Part shown: positions 39,715-51,766 of the stretch, in pieces
How the letters are laid out: each line of letters opens with the position of its first letter
How positions within the stretch are numbered: the stretch's first letter is position 1
Source: Octopus vulgaris
Lineage: Eukaryota
Direction: 5' to 3'
Length of the DNA stretch: 64,000 nucleotides
Assembly: GCA_951406725.2 (NCBI GenBank)
Contig: OX597825.1
Coordinates: 42,470,001 to 42,534,000 of the forward strand
Position numbers and translations under genes: made by a program
Notes under the pieces: model-generated
Seen by the model: only the letters and a program-made list of their open reading frames with translations
Database searches by the model: none
What the model was told of the DNA's origin: nothing

Positions 39715-40023
39715 TAAGCCTGGTACTTATTCTTTTAGTTTCGTCTTGTGAAACCAGTAAGTTATGGGGATGTAAATAAATGAACAGCAGTTGTGAAGCA
39801 GTGATGAGAGAGAAACACAAAGACACACACATAGACTTCCATATATACATACATATACATACAATTGATTTCTTTCAATTTCTGTCTACAAAATCCACTG
39901 AGAAGGCTTTGGTTGGTCTGAGGCTATAGCAGAAGACACATGCCAAGTTACCACACAGTGGGACTGAACTGAGGACCATGTGTTTCGGAACCATGTTTGT
40001 TAACACACAGCCACACCTGCACC
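39715..40023 (-). mobile_element. SINE family A
   Basis: Reverse complement of family A head and body. Confidence 0.85.
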
Positions 40024-40217
40024 TATGTATGTATGTCTGTGTGTGTGTGTGTGTATGGGTGTATATATGTATGCATGTATATATTTGTATATATATGTGT
40101 ACATATTACATGTACATCTATATATATATATACATTTAGACATACATGTATACACATACATGTATATCTATAGAAATACATCTATACATATACAGCTATA
40201 CATATAGATGTATACAT

Positions 40218-40257
<40 letters not shown>

Positions 40258-40329
40258 ATCCATAAATATACATGTATCTATATATATATATATACATCCA
40301 TATACATCCATATACATACAACAGAGAGA

Positions 40330-40551
40330 TATTTTTGTTTCACTTCTAACGCGTAATACTGAAATAGTGGAGAAGATATGATATTGCTGTGGGCTCGCCC
40401 AAGGCAAGAAGTTAAACATTTTGTTTTGCCCATGGCACTAAATGGACCCTAAGTAAGGCATATGTAAAATTTGAATGAAATTGGTTGTGTAGTTCTCAAG
40501 TTTTAGGGAAACACACAGACAGACACACATTCTCAGTTTTATATATATAGA
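40330..40551 (-). mobile_element. Non-autonomous Helitron 5' portion
   Basis: Minus strand begins TCTATATATATAAAActgagaatgtgtgtctgtctgtg..caaccaatttcattcaaatttt, like 33061. Confidence 0.7.
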
Positions 40552-40674
40552 TAGTTCACGAAAGGAGAAACATCTTTTGTTATTTTTGTAGCAGCTAGCC
40601 TTCCTCAAATTCAAACCTGAAATGTTTAAAATTAAATTCAAAGTCATTGGCAAATGATATAACTATATTTGATA

Positions 40675-40893
40675 ATATTGATTTCAAATTTTGAGACAGG
40701 GCCAATAGTTTTAGTGGGAGAGGTAAGTTGGTTACATCAACTCCAGTATTGAACTGGTACTTATTTCATTGACCCTGAAAGGATGAAAGGTAAAGTCGAC
40801 CTGGGCGGAATTCAAACTCAGAACATGAAGATGGATGAAATGCTACTAAACCTTTTGCCCAGCATGCTAAAGGTTCTACCAGTTTATCACCTT
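40675..40893 (-). mobile_element. SINE family B
   Basis: Reverse complement of family B (gaaaggatgaaaggtaaagtcgac core). Confidence 0.88.
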
Positions 40894-41284
40894 AACTATA
40901 TTTGATATGGACTTGAGATAATTGACACTAGTGGGTAAATATACAATGTTTAATGATATTAACTATTGCTATTTTAGTTATGTCCCTGATATTTAGTATA
41001 ACACGTATGTTTTGCAACCAATCATTGTTGATGTCAGTTTTTGATACACAGCGACATAAAAAGAAAAATTTAGTTTTTATACCAAATAGCCTCATGAAAT
41101 ATTCTGGAACTTTTTGTTGGATGTATAAAAACTCAACAGTCAACAAGGGATATCCTTTTTGTGACTGATTGCTATGTATGTGAAAAACCACATTTAATAA
41201 GAGAATTTTTATTTCTCAAAGGGATTATTCCAGTTGTAACTAGAGTCTATGTCCCACATTTATATGAGATATTTCAGCTCTCAT

Positions 41285-44200
41285 TAGGATCGGATTTAAA
41301 CTGTAGGGGTCCCAGGGCACTTCAAATTCGGTGGGCCCCCTCATGCACAAGAATTAAAATTTTGTAAAATTTGCAAATTTATATCTTAAAACCCATCTAT
41401 TGCATGTAATTGTATTTGACAAGGTAGCAGAGAAAGTTTAAATGACTGAAAATGTTGCTTTATAGATACACTTTTCATAATTCAATTTTTTATTCTCACA
41501 TTCACTCACAGTGAAAAGTACAATGAAGGGAGGAAGAGGGGGTAATATTTTTTTTCCTTTAATGTGAGTTACAAATGTTTCAGAATGTAGAATATAATAA
41601 AATGAGAGAAAATTGTGAAAAAGAAAATATCATTTTAGTGGTTGTTGTAATTCCACAGGTACAATGAGTATGTTTGTGTAAGGGGAGAGACAAACATTGA
41701 AAAAACATGGATTTTTAAAACTTTTGTGTTAAAAAAGCTTCCTTGCATTGCTTTGCTATGCATATAAAAAAGGGAAAATCATGACAAAATTTGCAAAATT
41801 CCAGCATATATGGAACAGCTATTCCAATAGAATTCCGTTTTTCCATCAGCTGACATCATACAAGTTCTGGTCTTCTCATAGATCTTCGCAATAGCAAGAC
41901 CTAGTTCTTTTGGAATACAATATGCTTGAAGGACCTTCAATACTTTGTAATGATGGGTGCTGTCAAACCCATTGCTGAAGTTCACAAAGGTTATAATGGC
42001 AGGTAGTGATCTTGATTTAACCCATGTGATATGCCTTGGGGCTAAGATCTGAGATGTAGCTCTCCCTGGTCTAAATCCCTCTTGATTTGGTCTTAGATGG
42101 CTATCAAGCACCTCATGTGCTGAATCCTTTTGAGGATCATTCAGCTGATGAATTTGAGTGAGGTAATGGACAGTGCAATTCTTCTGTTATTAGTTTCATT
42201 GCTGAGGTTTCCTGACTTTGAGAACCACTGATCTGGAAGTTCCTGATTCTGCAAGAGCTTATTCACAAAACCCAGTATTACTTCAGCCAGATTGCACCTC
42301 TCGATAACTTATAGGGAAATTTCATCAAGGCCAGCACTTTTTCCCTCTTTCAGTCAATTTTTGGCACACTGAATTCTTTCAAATACTAGCTGGGGTGCAC
42401 CATATTTGTTTGTAATTGTATTGGATTATGCAATGCATAATCCAACAGATAACAGTGATGAAGACCTTGGTTTCATCACACACCAGCAATGATCATGGAG
42501 AGTGCCAGCAATAACCATCACAGACCTGGACTTCACAGATAGATCAGGCTCAACAGCTATTCAGCAGTGTAGGAGTATAAGCTGCAGAGAGGATTGCACA
42601 CACACATCAAGAAAACAGAATACATGATTTTTCAACCAATCCAGTGATACTGAATTGCTTGCTCTGAGTAGTTTCAAATTGAATGTTGCTGCAGATTTCA
42701 AGTGCTTGTGTAGTTGGGTGAGCTGTTTGAAACAGATATCAAGATCAGGAAGACTCAAGCATGGACAGCCTGTCACAAACTAAAAAAGTCTCAGGCAAAT
42801 CAAAACGAAGATGTTCATTGCAACTGTTGAATCAGTGCTATTAATATGGTAATGAAATATAGACATTGGCAAAGAAATTATCAAATGGATGCTACACAAG
42901 AATGCTACAAATGGCTCTAAATGTGTAATGGCAGCAACAAATTACAAAGGAATTGCCTTTATGGAGACCTGCTGAAGGTTAGCAAGAAGGTCACACAAAG
43001 ATGGCTACAACTATCTGATCACTGCATGTTCCACCCTAAGCTGGGAACATCCAAGTTAGTCTTGTGGAACCCACTTCATGGTGTTTTAAGCAGAGGAAAA
43101 CATTGACAACTTGATTGCAGACATTAGCCCTGAATATATCCAGGACCTCAAGGCAGTGATTATAGACTGAGAAATGTGGCAGGTAGACTTTGTTGCCATA
43201 ATAATAAATAATACATTTTTGGCTTTCAGAAAAAAAAAAGTATTTTTATTGGTCTTCACTATCTAAGAAATACTACACAAGCTAAGCAAATGAGCTTCTC
43301 TAAGTGTATTAAAAACACTATAACATTCAGAACACTATTTCAGAAAATTACTTCTGTTCTCCTTAAGCATATAAAAGACAAATTTAGATGGGTCAGAATG
43401 AATAAGAAAAGATAAGGTAAATTTGCCTCTTCAGTTTTCCAGAAATACATTTGAAAAAAAGTCATATACATCGATATCTAGGTCAAATGAAAGGGAATCC
43501 AGAAAAAAATGGCATAATATGAAATTAACAAAACTTGACTAAAGCAAAACACTCAGCATAAAATACTCTATAGCTTCTTCACAAACTGCTGGAGTTGCTC
43601 TCTGCAGAATTCTGGTTTAAGCATCTCATATAAACCCTCATAACATTTTAGTTTTTGGAATTTTCCAAACACATGAGGATTCATACAACTATGAAAAAAC
43701 TTTTTAATTAAAAAATTCTATTTTTTGTAGAGTCTTAAATTTTGACTTAAATCCCATCAATAGACGATAAAATATGTTTATAGGGAGAAAGATATTGAAG
43801 AGCATCAGTACGACAGAGTGACAAAGAAACAAGGAGGGTATCAGGTGCAAAAATTAACAGCTAAATAGCCCTTAAATCAGTCACAAAAACCTTTATTTTT
43901 TTCATGTGTAGAATACAAATTCGCAAAAATTTTCTGAAAATTCCAAAAACCAGAAAAAGCTATGATATGTTATATGGGGTAATTAATGCTGAATTTCGCA
44001 TGGCTCTCTTCCCGATACATTTTATGCTCGATGCAGTTAAAGAGAACAGATTATTGGAATTAGTCATTACTCATTTTGCCCTGGATTTGATATCAGTTTT
44101 TAAAAATTGAAAATGATCAAATTAGACATTAGTGTGGAGGAGAAAATTGACTTGGAATTCAACAAAGAAAAGAATTTGGATAGTTAAACACCAAAAATTA

Positions 44201-45213
44201 TCTAGATATTTTGTTAGTAACCTCAATTGCCATTGGTCAAAGATGAGGAGAAATTTCTTGAAATGTAGTACGTTACCTGACTGTTTCAAACTGTCTCAAC
44301 TGAAAAACTATGGTGGGCAATGTTTACTCCCAAAGATGGTGCAAGAGTACAAAATGATGAAGTAATACTTGCAATGTATTGGTTTCAAACAGGTAGTGAA
44401 AAAATAACAAGAAATTGGTAATTAGTCATTTTGCCCCAGTTACCAATTTTACCCCACTCTCCTGCGGGGACGAAAAATACTAGAAACAGAAAGAGAGAAA
44501 AAGATTCAGTTTAATGAAAACATGTGAGCATAAAAGCAATAATTCTAAAGTTGAAAACAAAATGCTTTGAGTTGTTGAGAGATGTAATTTTATAATGAAA
44601 ACTAAAGTCAAAATTTTGGAATATATTATTTACCTGCTCTTTCTTAAAATAAGACCAGTTTAACATATGTGTGCGTGTATTTAATAACCAGTAGTCAATC
44701 TAAGGTCACTGTGCACAGTTATGCATTGAAAGAAGGAATCTTAATTAGAGACAAAAAATAACTATCAATCTCTTTATCGTTATATACATCCATACATACA
44801 CTCTCTCATTCTCTCTCTCTTTCTCTCTCACTCTCTCTCTCTCTCTCTCTTTCTCTCTTACACACACAAACACATGCACACATACATTTTTTGGAGTGTT
44901 TTGTTGTTTCCTGTCCATGTCCCAAAAGGAACTGCAATTAATTCTCATGGAAATTGTGGCTACTTTGGAAATAGGTAGCAATGTGTATTTTAATTGAATG
45001 AATTGATGTCACAAATGTAGTTAAAATTATGGTTGTGTATCAAAAAAGAGGATCCATTACATTTTTTAAGATATGTTTCTTTATTGAAAGAGAGCCTCTG
45101 CATGCAAGATTGCTGAGAGGTGAGGACCTCCTGTATTGAATGCTACATACCCTACATTGCAGTGAATGTCCGGGGTAATTGCCCTCTTTGACCCCCCTAT
45201 AAATCCGGCCCTA
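41285..45213. mobile_element. hAT-type non-autonomous DNA transposon (~3.9 kb) with nested insertions
   Basis: TIRs taggatcggattta / taaatccggcccta with GC-rich subterminal motifs; 8-bp TSD gctctcat/cttctcat (6/8). Confidence 0.65.
41830..43190. mobile_element. Decayed RTE-group LINE with inverted 5' segment
   Basis: 41830-42390 on - (LRPNQEGFRPGR..FVNFSNGFDS..GKTEF); 42400-43190 on + (PYLFVIVLDYAM..ITDLDF.D..LVLWNP). Confidence 0.8.
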
Positions 45214-46652
45214 CTTCTCATACCTTGACAGTATTATTATTTCTTGATGCACACATATAACAAGCGTATAACAAATTATACATTATAAAATTTGTAGACT
45301 TATTAATAAATTTTGTGGAAGATAATGTTCTCCCTGTTTCTTATTCAACAGGTTAATTCATACCTGCAAAGCATCCTCTTCAATAAAATAGAATGCATGA
45401 AGTAGGAATTTAAGATCAAAAGTTATCAAAGCATCTCATTTTCTGACTTAATATTTTAAACTCTGCATTTCCTACAATGTAGATATCTACAATAGAAGTG
45501 AATTTAAATTATCTTATATTTTCTTTAAATCCTATACATAAATCTCTTGTTTTAACATCAACTTAAAATATTTCCAATAAAAATCATTGTGCATAAAATA
45601 TTCATTGCTTTTTGAAATTAGCTATATATTTTAGAATTGCAGCCAGCGACGGCATTTTAAAAAGGGAGAAATGTATTCAGCATAATCAATAGTATTAAAT
45701 GTTTGTATTAATCAGTAAACAAAGTTTGACTAAACATCTGTATAATACTAAAAACAAATGAACAGAATATAATGCTAAATAAGCACAACGAAGTATTTAA
45801 AAAAATGACAACAATAATAGAAAATAGCGTCAAAAAGAGGTATGAAAAGACAGTAAAATCAATAACATAACATAAATTTGCAACATCAATAATACAAGGC
45901 ATAAAATGGCAACAGCACAAAGCATGCAACAACAACAAGTCCAGTGTAGAAGTCAGTTAAAATAACAAAAGAAGCTCTAAAAGGCAAGCCCAAAAGGCAA
46001 CATGAAGAATAAAATTTCAGCTACTATGTATTTATATAAATCAGTAAAGAACAATTTATTTACAAGTTAAATATCAGAAAGACAACAAGCAGCTACATTC
46101 AACTTTTAAATCCCTTCCTATTCTATCATATAATCTTAAAATAGATTTAGCACAATATTGACTGAAGTGTATGAAAAAAAGATTCTTCATTCTACACATA
46201 AGTATTTGAAAGTATTCACTCTCATTATAATGATCAATGTGTTTTGTAATACTATTACAACCAGTGATATCAACTACTGATATCGAAATGTTTTATTTTA
46301 ATCAAAATCTGGGAAGATATTTTTCACATCATTTGTATAACTTGAAACAGATTTCTGCTTTTGTATATATGCTTTGCACTAAAGCAAACATACAAATTTT
46401 TTCTTTTTTTTCTTTTCTAGTTTTGCTTCGTAATCATTGATTATATACAAAAACACCTAATGTTTTGACTGTTGTAATTCTTTAGCTCCAGCTGAGAGAC
46501 AATGTATCACTCCTTCAAGGATCGTCTTAATTCTTTGATAAACGGATATAATGGCTTCTGGTAATGACAATATATAGTAAGCGGAGGGAAATGCAGCAAT
46601 AGGTAAATTATATGGGAGAAGGGAATGCTTTAAAAAAGCAGATGAAAAAAAA

Positions 46653-48571
46653 CAGATTTTTTCTGTTTGCCTTTCACTTTTGAAATTTTGAAATTAAGTG
46701 AAAATTTTCGAAGTTGATATATTGATGTAACTTTTCAACCAGAATCTATTGTTATTCTCTTGAACCAGAAAAATTTAGAAAAATCAAAAAGGTTTAAAGT
46801 TTGGTTATTTTTACCCAATCAGAAAATAAGATTTGGTAACTGACGTTTTCTGTGGGATAATTTTTATTAAACAAAATGAATACAACAACAAAAGTTGTAA
46901 GAAGCTTTAAAGCTTTAATAAGTTTTAATGAATTGAATAAAGTCAACTGAAACGTTGGAACAGACAATATAAAAAAGAAAAATCCTCAAAGAATTTATTC
47001 TTCTTTACATGAAAAAGAAAAAATGTATGTTTAGTTCATTTAAACAATTAATAGTGGAATTTCAAAAACAAAAGTCTGAGATACACTAAGGTTAGAGGTA
47101 GGGTGTAGGATTGAGGTTTATCATTAGAATTAGGATTTAGGGTTGGCATTTAGGATCAGTCCGACCATTGGATGACCTGGAGTTAATCAATTAGTAACAT
47201 ATTTTGGTTAAACCATTCCAAAAGATGTTTTAGAATATTCTGAAAACATTAATTCCCGGTTTTCCTATATTTTTTCCTCCAAAGAAACTCCATCAAGATG
47301 GGATTCAATCATATTTGTTTGTACTCCCATCATTCTCTTGAATCTGCATTTTGCATTTTCCCAGCAATATTCAACTGAGTTGGTATGCACTTTAGTTACC
47401 GGATCCACAAAGTTTTCTCTGTGATTTAAAATGGGAATACTGTGGTTCAACATCAATTTCAGTAATTCCATTGTATCTGCTCCAACAATCAGAATGGATA
47501 GTCTGGTAAGGGGAAGCAAAGTTCACAAATACTAAAAATCCTATTTTGTCTTCTCCATCCCATTCTTCAAAAACCTCTCATCTGGCATCCTGTCTCAATC
47601 ATACTTGCTTTTGCACATTAAAGATGCGTCTATTTTGACAATGTGCCCAACTCCTCCAACTTGGTAGGGATTACATACAAGTGACTTGCTATATCTCATG
47701 TATTGATACCACTGTATAACTGTTGTTCCTGAAAGACCTGCCATATCAGATGAGATATTTATGGAGATTTTTCAGGAATATAAGTCAGAAGAATAGAATC
47801 TTGGCATCAACTTAAAATTTTCAAGAAATGAAGATTTTGTTTTTTAATAGAGACATTTTCAGTTTTATGTGGGGAGCATCGAAAAATCTTTCTTTTCTTA
47901 TATTTTATTAGGCTCATTTCCTTATTGCAAGATGAGCAGTTTGGTGTTATATAATTCAACACTTTCTTCTCCATGCAGTTATATAATTCAACACTTTCTT
48001 CTCCATGCAGCACCAAAACTCTGAATGTATGGCAAAATATAATAAAACATTTTAAATAACAATTAATCAAATTATATCAAAATGAATATAATTTTATTTC
48101 AATTTCAAAATTCTTTATTTTTACTTTCTTAATGACTAGCATGGGTCCACACTTCTTCATGAGTACCCATATTTTTAGTGAATAGCTTTCTAAAATTTTT
48201 CTGGAACAAGTTAATAACAAAATCAGATTCAGTGTGAAAAACTACATCAGTATATCAAATTTGAGAAAAACAATTAATGCATTATTCGTAGTGTAAATTC
48301 AAAAATGTAAGTTCAGAATATAAGTACAATAGCTTTAAGCAGACAACAGTTTAACTTGTTACTATGGTAACAGGCACCAATGTGACTTATGATTGACCAA
48401 AATTGCCCAAAATGTGCAAACTTTAAAAGCTATCAACTTTTTGTTAACTGAAGGCAAAAATTAATTTCATTTCTATAATTAGCACACAAAACTACATCAG
48501 TACACCAAATTTGAAATTAGCTGGAACAAAATTAAAGGAATTGAAAAGTGAAAGCCAAAAAAAAAAGATCC
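46653..48571 (-). mobile_element. Merlin (IS1595/ISXO2-like) DNA transposon fossil
   Basis: Minus strand: CSSC..FRC N-terminus (47807-48070), VGGVGHIVKIDAS (~47630-47665), NHRENFVDPVTKVHTNSVEYCW..HLD (47265-47519); degenerate TIRs, right end ..aagatcc. Confidence 0.85.
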
Positions 48572-48989
48572 TATATAAATCTATCTATCTATATATATAT
48601 ATTGTTATAATATCCTGTCACTAATTCCTTTCTTTAACAGTAAATAATAGATAAAAATATAGATATCTTATTTTGTACCGAGTACGAAAATACGGCATAG
48701 TTTCGAATGATGTTGATAGATGGATACACTCTTTACCTAATATAAAACAATGCGGCTTAATCGTTGGACAGCCATGCTGAACGGATTAGATGGCGAGCAG
48801 AATAAAGTTTGAATAAAAGCCTTCTTTGAACTGGTTTATGATATTTTATTCAAACTTTATTCTAAATGGATACCTAAGTGCTCCACATCTACCATTCCAC
48901 TTATAAGAGCCAGAGAGAATACCAACAAAGCAGGACTTCTAAAAGAAGTAAAAACAGTAATCGTATCTTTCAATGCCATAATTGCCATT

Positions 48990-49400
48990 CCACAATCTGG
49001 AATACCACTTGCCATCGAAGCACATGCTTCCATCCTAGTCTTGGGAGGGATGCTATCACAACAAGAATAGCCAATGGCCTTCTATTTAAGGTCCTTTTCA
49101 AAAACAAAAAAAAAGCCAATCCATCGTCGAGAGAGAATCCTGTGCAATCACAGAATGTTGCCACCACCACCAAATACATGATACCCCATACTGCAACATC
49201 GTCACTGAGCAATGCTTGGTAACGATGATCTTCAATAAACAAGTGACATCAAAAATCAAAATGGAAAAACTTATATGCTGGCACTTGGACCTCTTGGACA
49301 TAAATTACACAATCTCCTATAGACCAGGAAGTCAAAACAAAGCAGCAGACATGCTATCAAGATGTGCAGCAAGAGACACTACAACACTTTGCAACACCTT
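48990..49400 (+). mobile_element. Ty3/Gypsy RNase H fragment
   Basis: PLAIEAHAS..LGGMLSQ..MAFY; KIKMEKLICWHLDL..YTISYRPGSQNKAADMLSR. Confidence 0.8.
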
Positions 49401-51109
49401 AAACATATGATCAAGACATCAAATGATGCATTGTTCTAGAATCTGCTACATCCCTTCTACAAAGCTTATAAATAGGTACATTTTGTGGTTGCCTGCAGCT
49501 AAGCTAACCACAATTTTCATTTTGCTGCTTTTAGCAGTCAATCTCATGACCTTTACTCAACCTAAACAGCAGTTCTAGTTCACTAACATGAACCCAGTGT
49601 GTATATTTTCTCCTGTCTTGGTAGTTTAATTACACTGCCTTAACTATTCGTAAGAGCTACAGAATTATCCTTTTCAGTGTGTAAATTTGTGGTCACATTT
49701 TTAATTTATAACCAACGTGGAAAATATTCATGCAGTGAAATAAAATTCTGTTAAATGTTCACGAGTGTTGTGCATTCATTATGCACAGCCAGGTCCCAGC
49801 TCAACCACCAGTATCTCCATTCCTTCATTCTATGTCTCTCATGACATCATTTAACTACACCTTGTGACAATATCATAAATTAAGACTAATGAAGCATTTG
49901 TTACCTTCACATCTTCAAATGTGACAGGACTTTCTTTCCAGCCTACTAGCTATGCATATATATTAAGAAACACATGAAGTCAAGCAACTATTGAAGAGTA
50001 TCAATATGAAAAGAAAAGATGCTATATAAAACATACATAAAATGAAGCTACACTTACCACTATGTCCTAAAGGATTGTTAACAATTTTCTTTAATAAAAA
50101 GCAAAAAGCAGTTAAGTTTGAAAGGTCTCCTTGTAAATGAAGTGCAGTTATATTAAAAGTTACAAGATGGCATAATATGTTCCGTCTATAAAGCAAAGTT
50201 GATCTATAAGTAGAGTTGATTTTTAAAATTGCAGGCCTTTCCTTCAGGCTTTACATATCAACAGAATCATTAAATGAATTATCTATGGTTATAACAAGAT
50301 TGAAAAACTGCAGTGTCTCAAAGTCCTTTTACACCAATGAATGAGGTGATCTCCACTGGCATTAAAAAGATACAGTGGAAATCAAATCTGCCAGAACATA
50401 TTAAGAATGAATTGATATGTTATCATATTTCAGTGTTATCAATAAACACTAGCTATATAAGGATTTATCTATTCTGTTCAAGAGTTATCACATAGCTGAT
50501 ATTGTATTGATGATTTTCATTCATAGTGGAGGGTAATGATAATTAAAAAAAAGAAGAAAAAGAAACAATTATTTTCTGATATATTTAAAATTTTTAAATG
50601 ATATTAACTTGTGTTTTACAAAACCTTTGAATAGAGGAGATGAAGGCATAATTCTAGATTCTTCTTCTAATGGCTGTTGTGCATCATCAAAGTTACAGAA
50701 AAAACTGGGTGTCAAATATGACTCTGAGACTCAAACTCAAAAAGCTTTAGAATCAATATCCTTTAAATATATGCGAAACCATACATGGAATAAACTTAGC
50801 TGAGATCAATTTGCCTTAGCAGGTGAAAGTGACATGACATCAAGTAAAAATCAACAAGGGTGAAAGCCATCTTCACAATGTACACCAACGATCATTATAT
50901 CGTATCACTTAATCTCATCCAAATTTACCAAAACTAATAATTTTTATGATAGTTAAACTGATTAATGTTCTACTTTCAAACAGAATTAAATAATTTATGT
51001 AGAAATGTACCTTAAGATCTGTCTGTCCGTCTTCCTGTCAGTTGGTCAGTCAATATTTATACATTTGTATTCTCATATATGTACTTGTTTACTTTTGCAT
51101 GTAGTGTAA

Positions 51110-51358
51110 GCTAAGCCACGGGGAGGTAAATAAACCAACACCAGTTGTCAAGTGGTGGTGGAGGACAAACACAAAGACACAAATACAGACACACATCATA
51201 TATTTGATGGGCTTCTTTCAATTTCCATCTACCAAATCCACTCCAAAACTTTGCAGCCCAAGGCTAATAAAGATGACACTTGCCCATTGTTTTTAAGCAG
51301 CGAGACTGAACCTGGAACCATGTGATTGGACAGCAAGCTTCTCACCACAGAGCCACCG
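51110..51358 (-). mobile_element. SINE family A
   Basis: Reverse complement of family A head and body. Confidence 0.85.
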
Positions 51359-51384
51359 TTGTGCATATATATAAGAAATATAGG

Positions 51385-51517
51385 CAGAGTATCCAGGCAT
51401 CCAGCAATAGAAACCATGCCAAACCAGACAAAATGAAGTCTGGACAGCTGGCCAGTTCCTGCTAAACTGTCCAACCCATACTAGAATGGAGGGCAGACAT
51501 TAAATGATATTGATGAT
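51385..51517 (+). mobile_element. RTE 3'-tail fragment
   Basis: ggcatccagc..agaaaccatgcc..gtccaacccat..atgga..gatgat, matching 54945-55077. Confidence 0.75.
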
Positions 51518-51710
51518 ATAAAATATTATAAATATATGTGTGTGTATTTCTTCGTGCATATACTTGTATGAATCTGTCTGCTTACACATGCAAATGTATA
51601 TGCATATACAGACTTGCATACTCATATACACACTGGAACATCATTAGCTTTATGCATGTAGTTTTGTGAGCATTTGTAAGAACATATGTGTCCTTATAGT
51701 TGTGTGTGTA

Positions 51711-51761
<51 letters not shown>

Positions 51762-51766
<5 letters not shown>

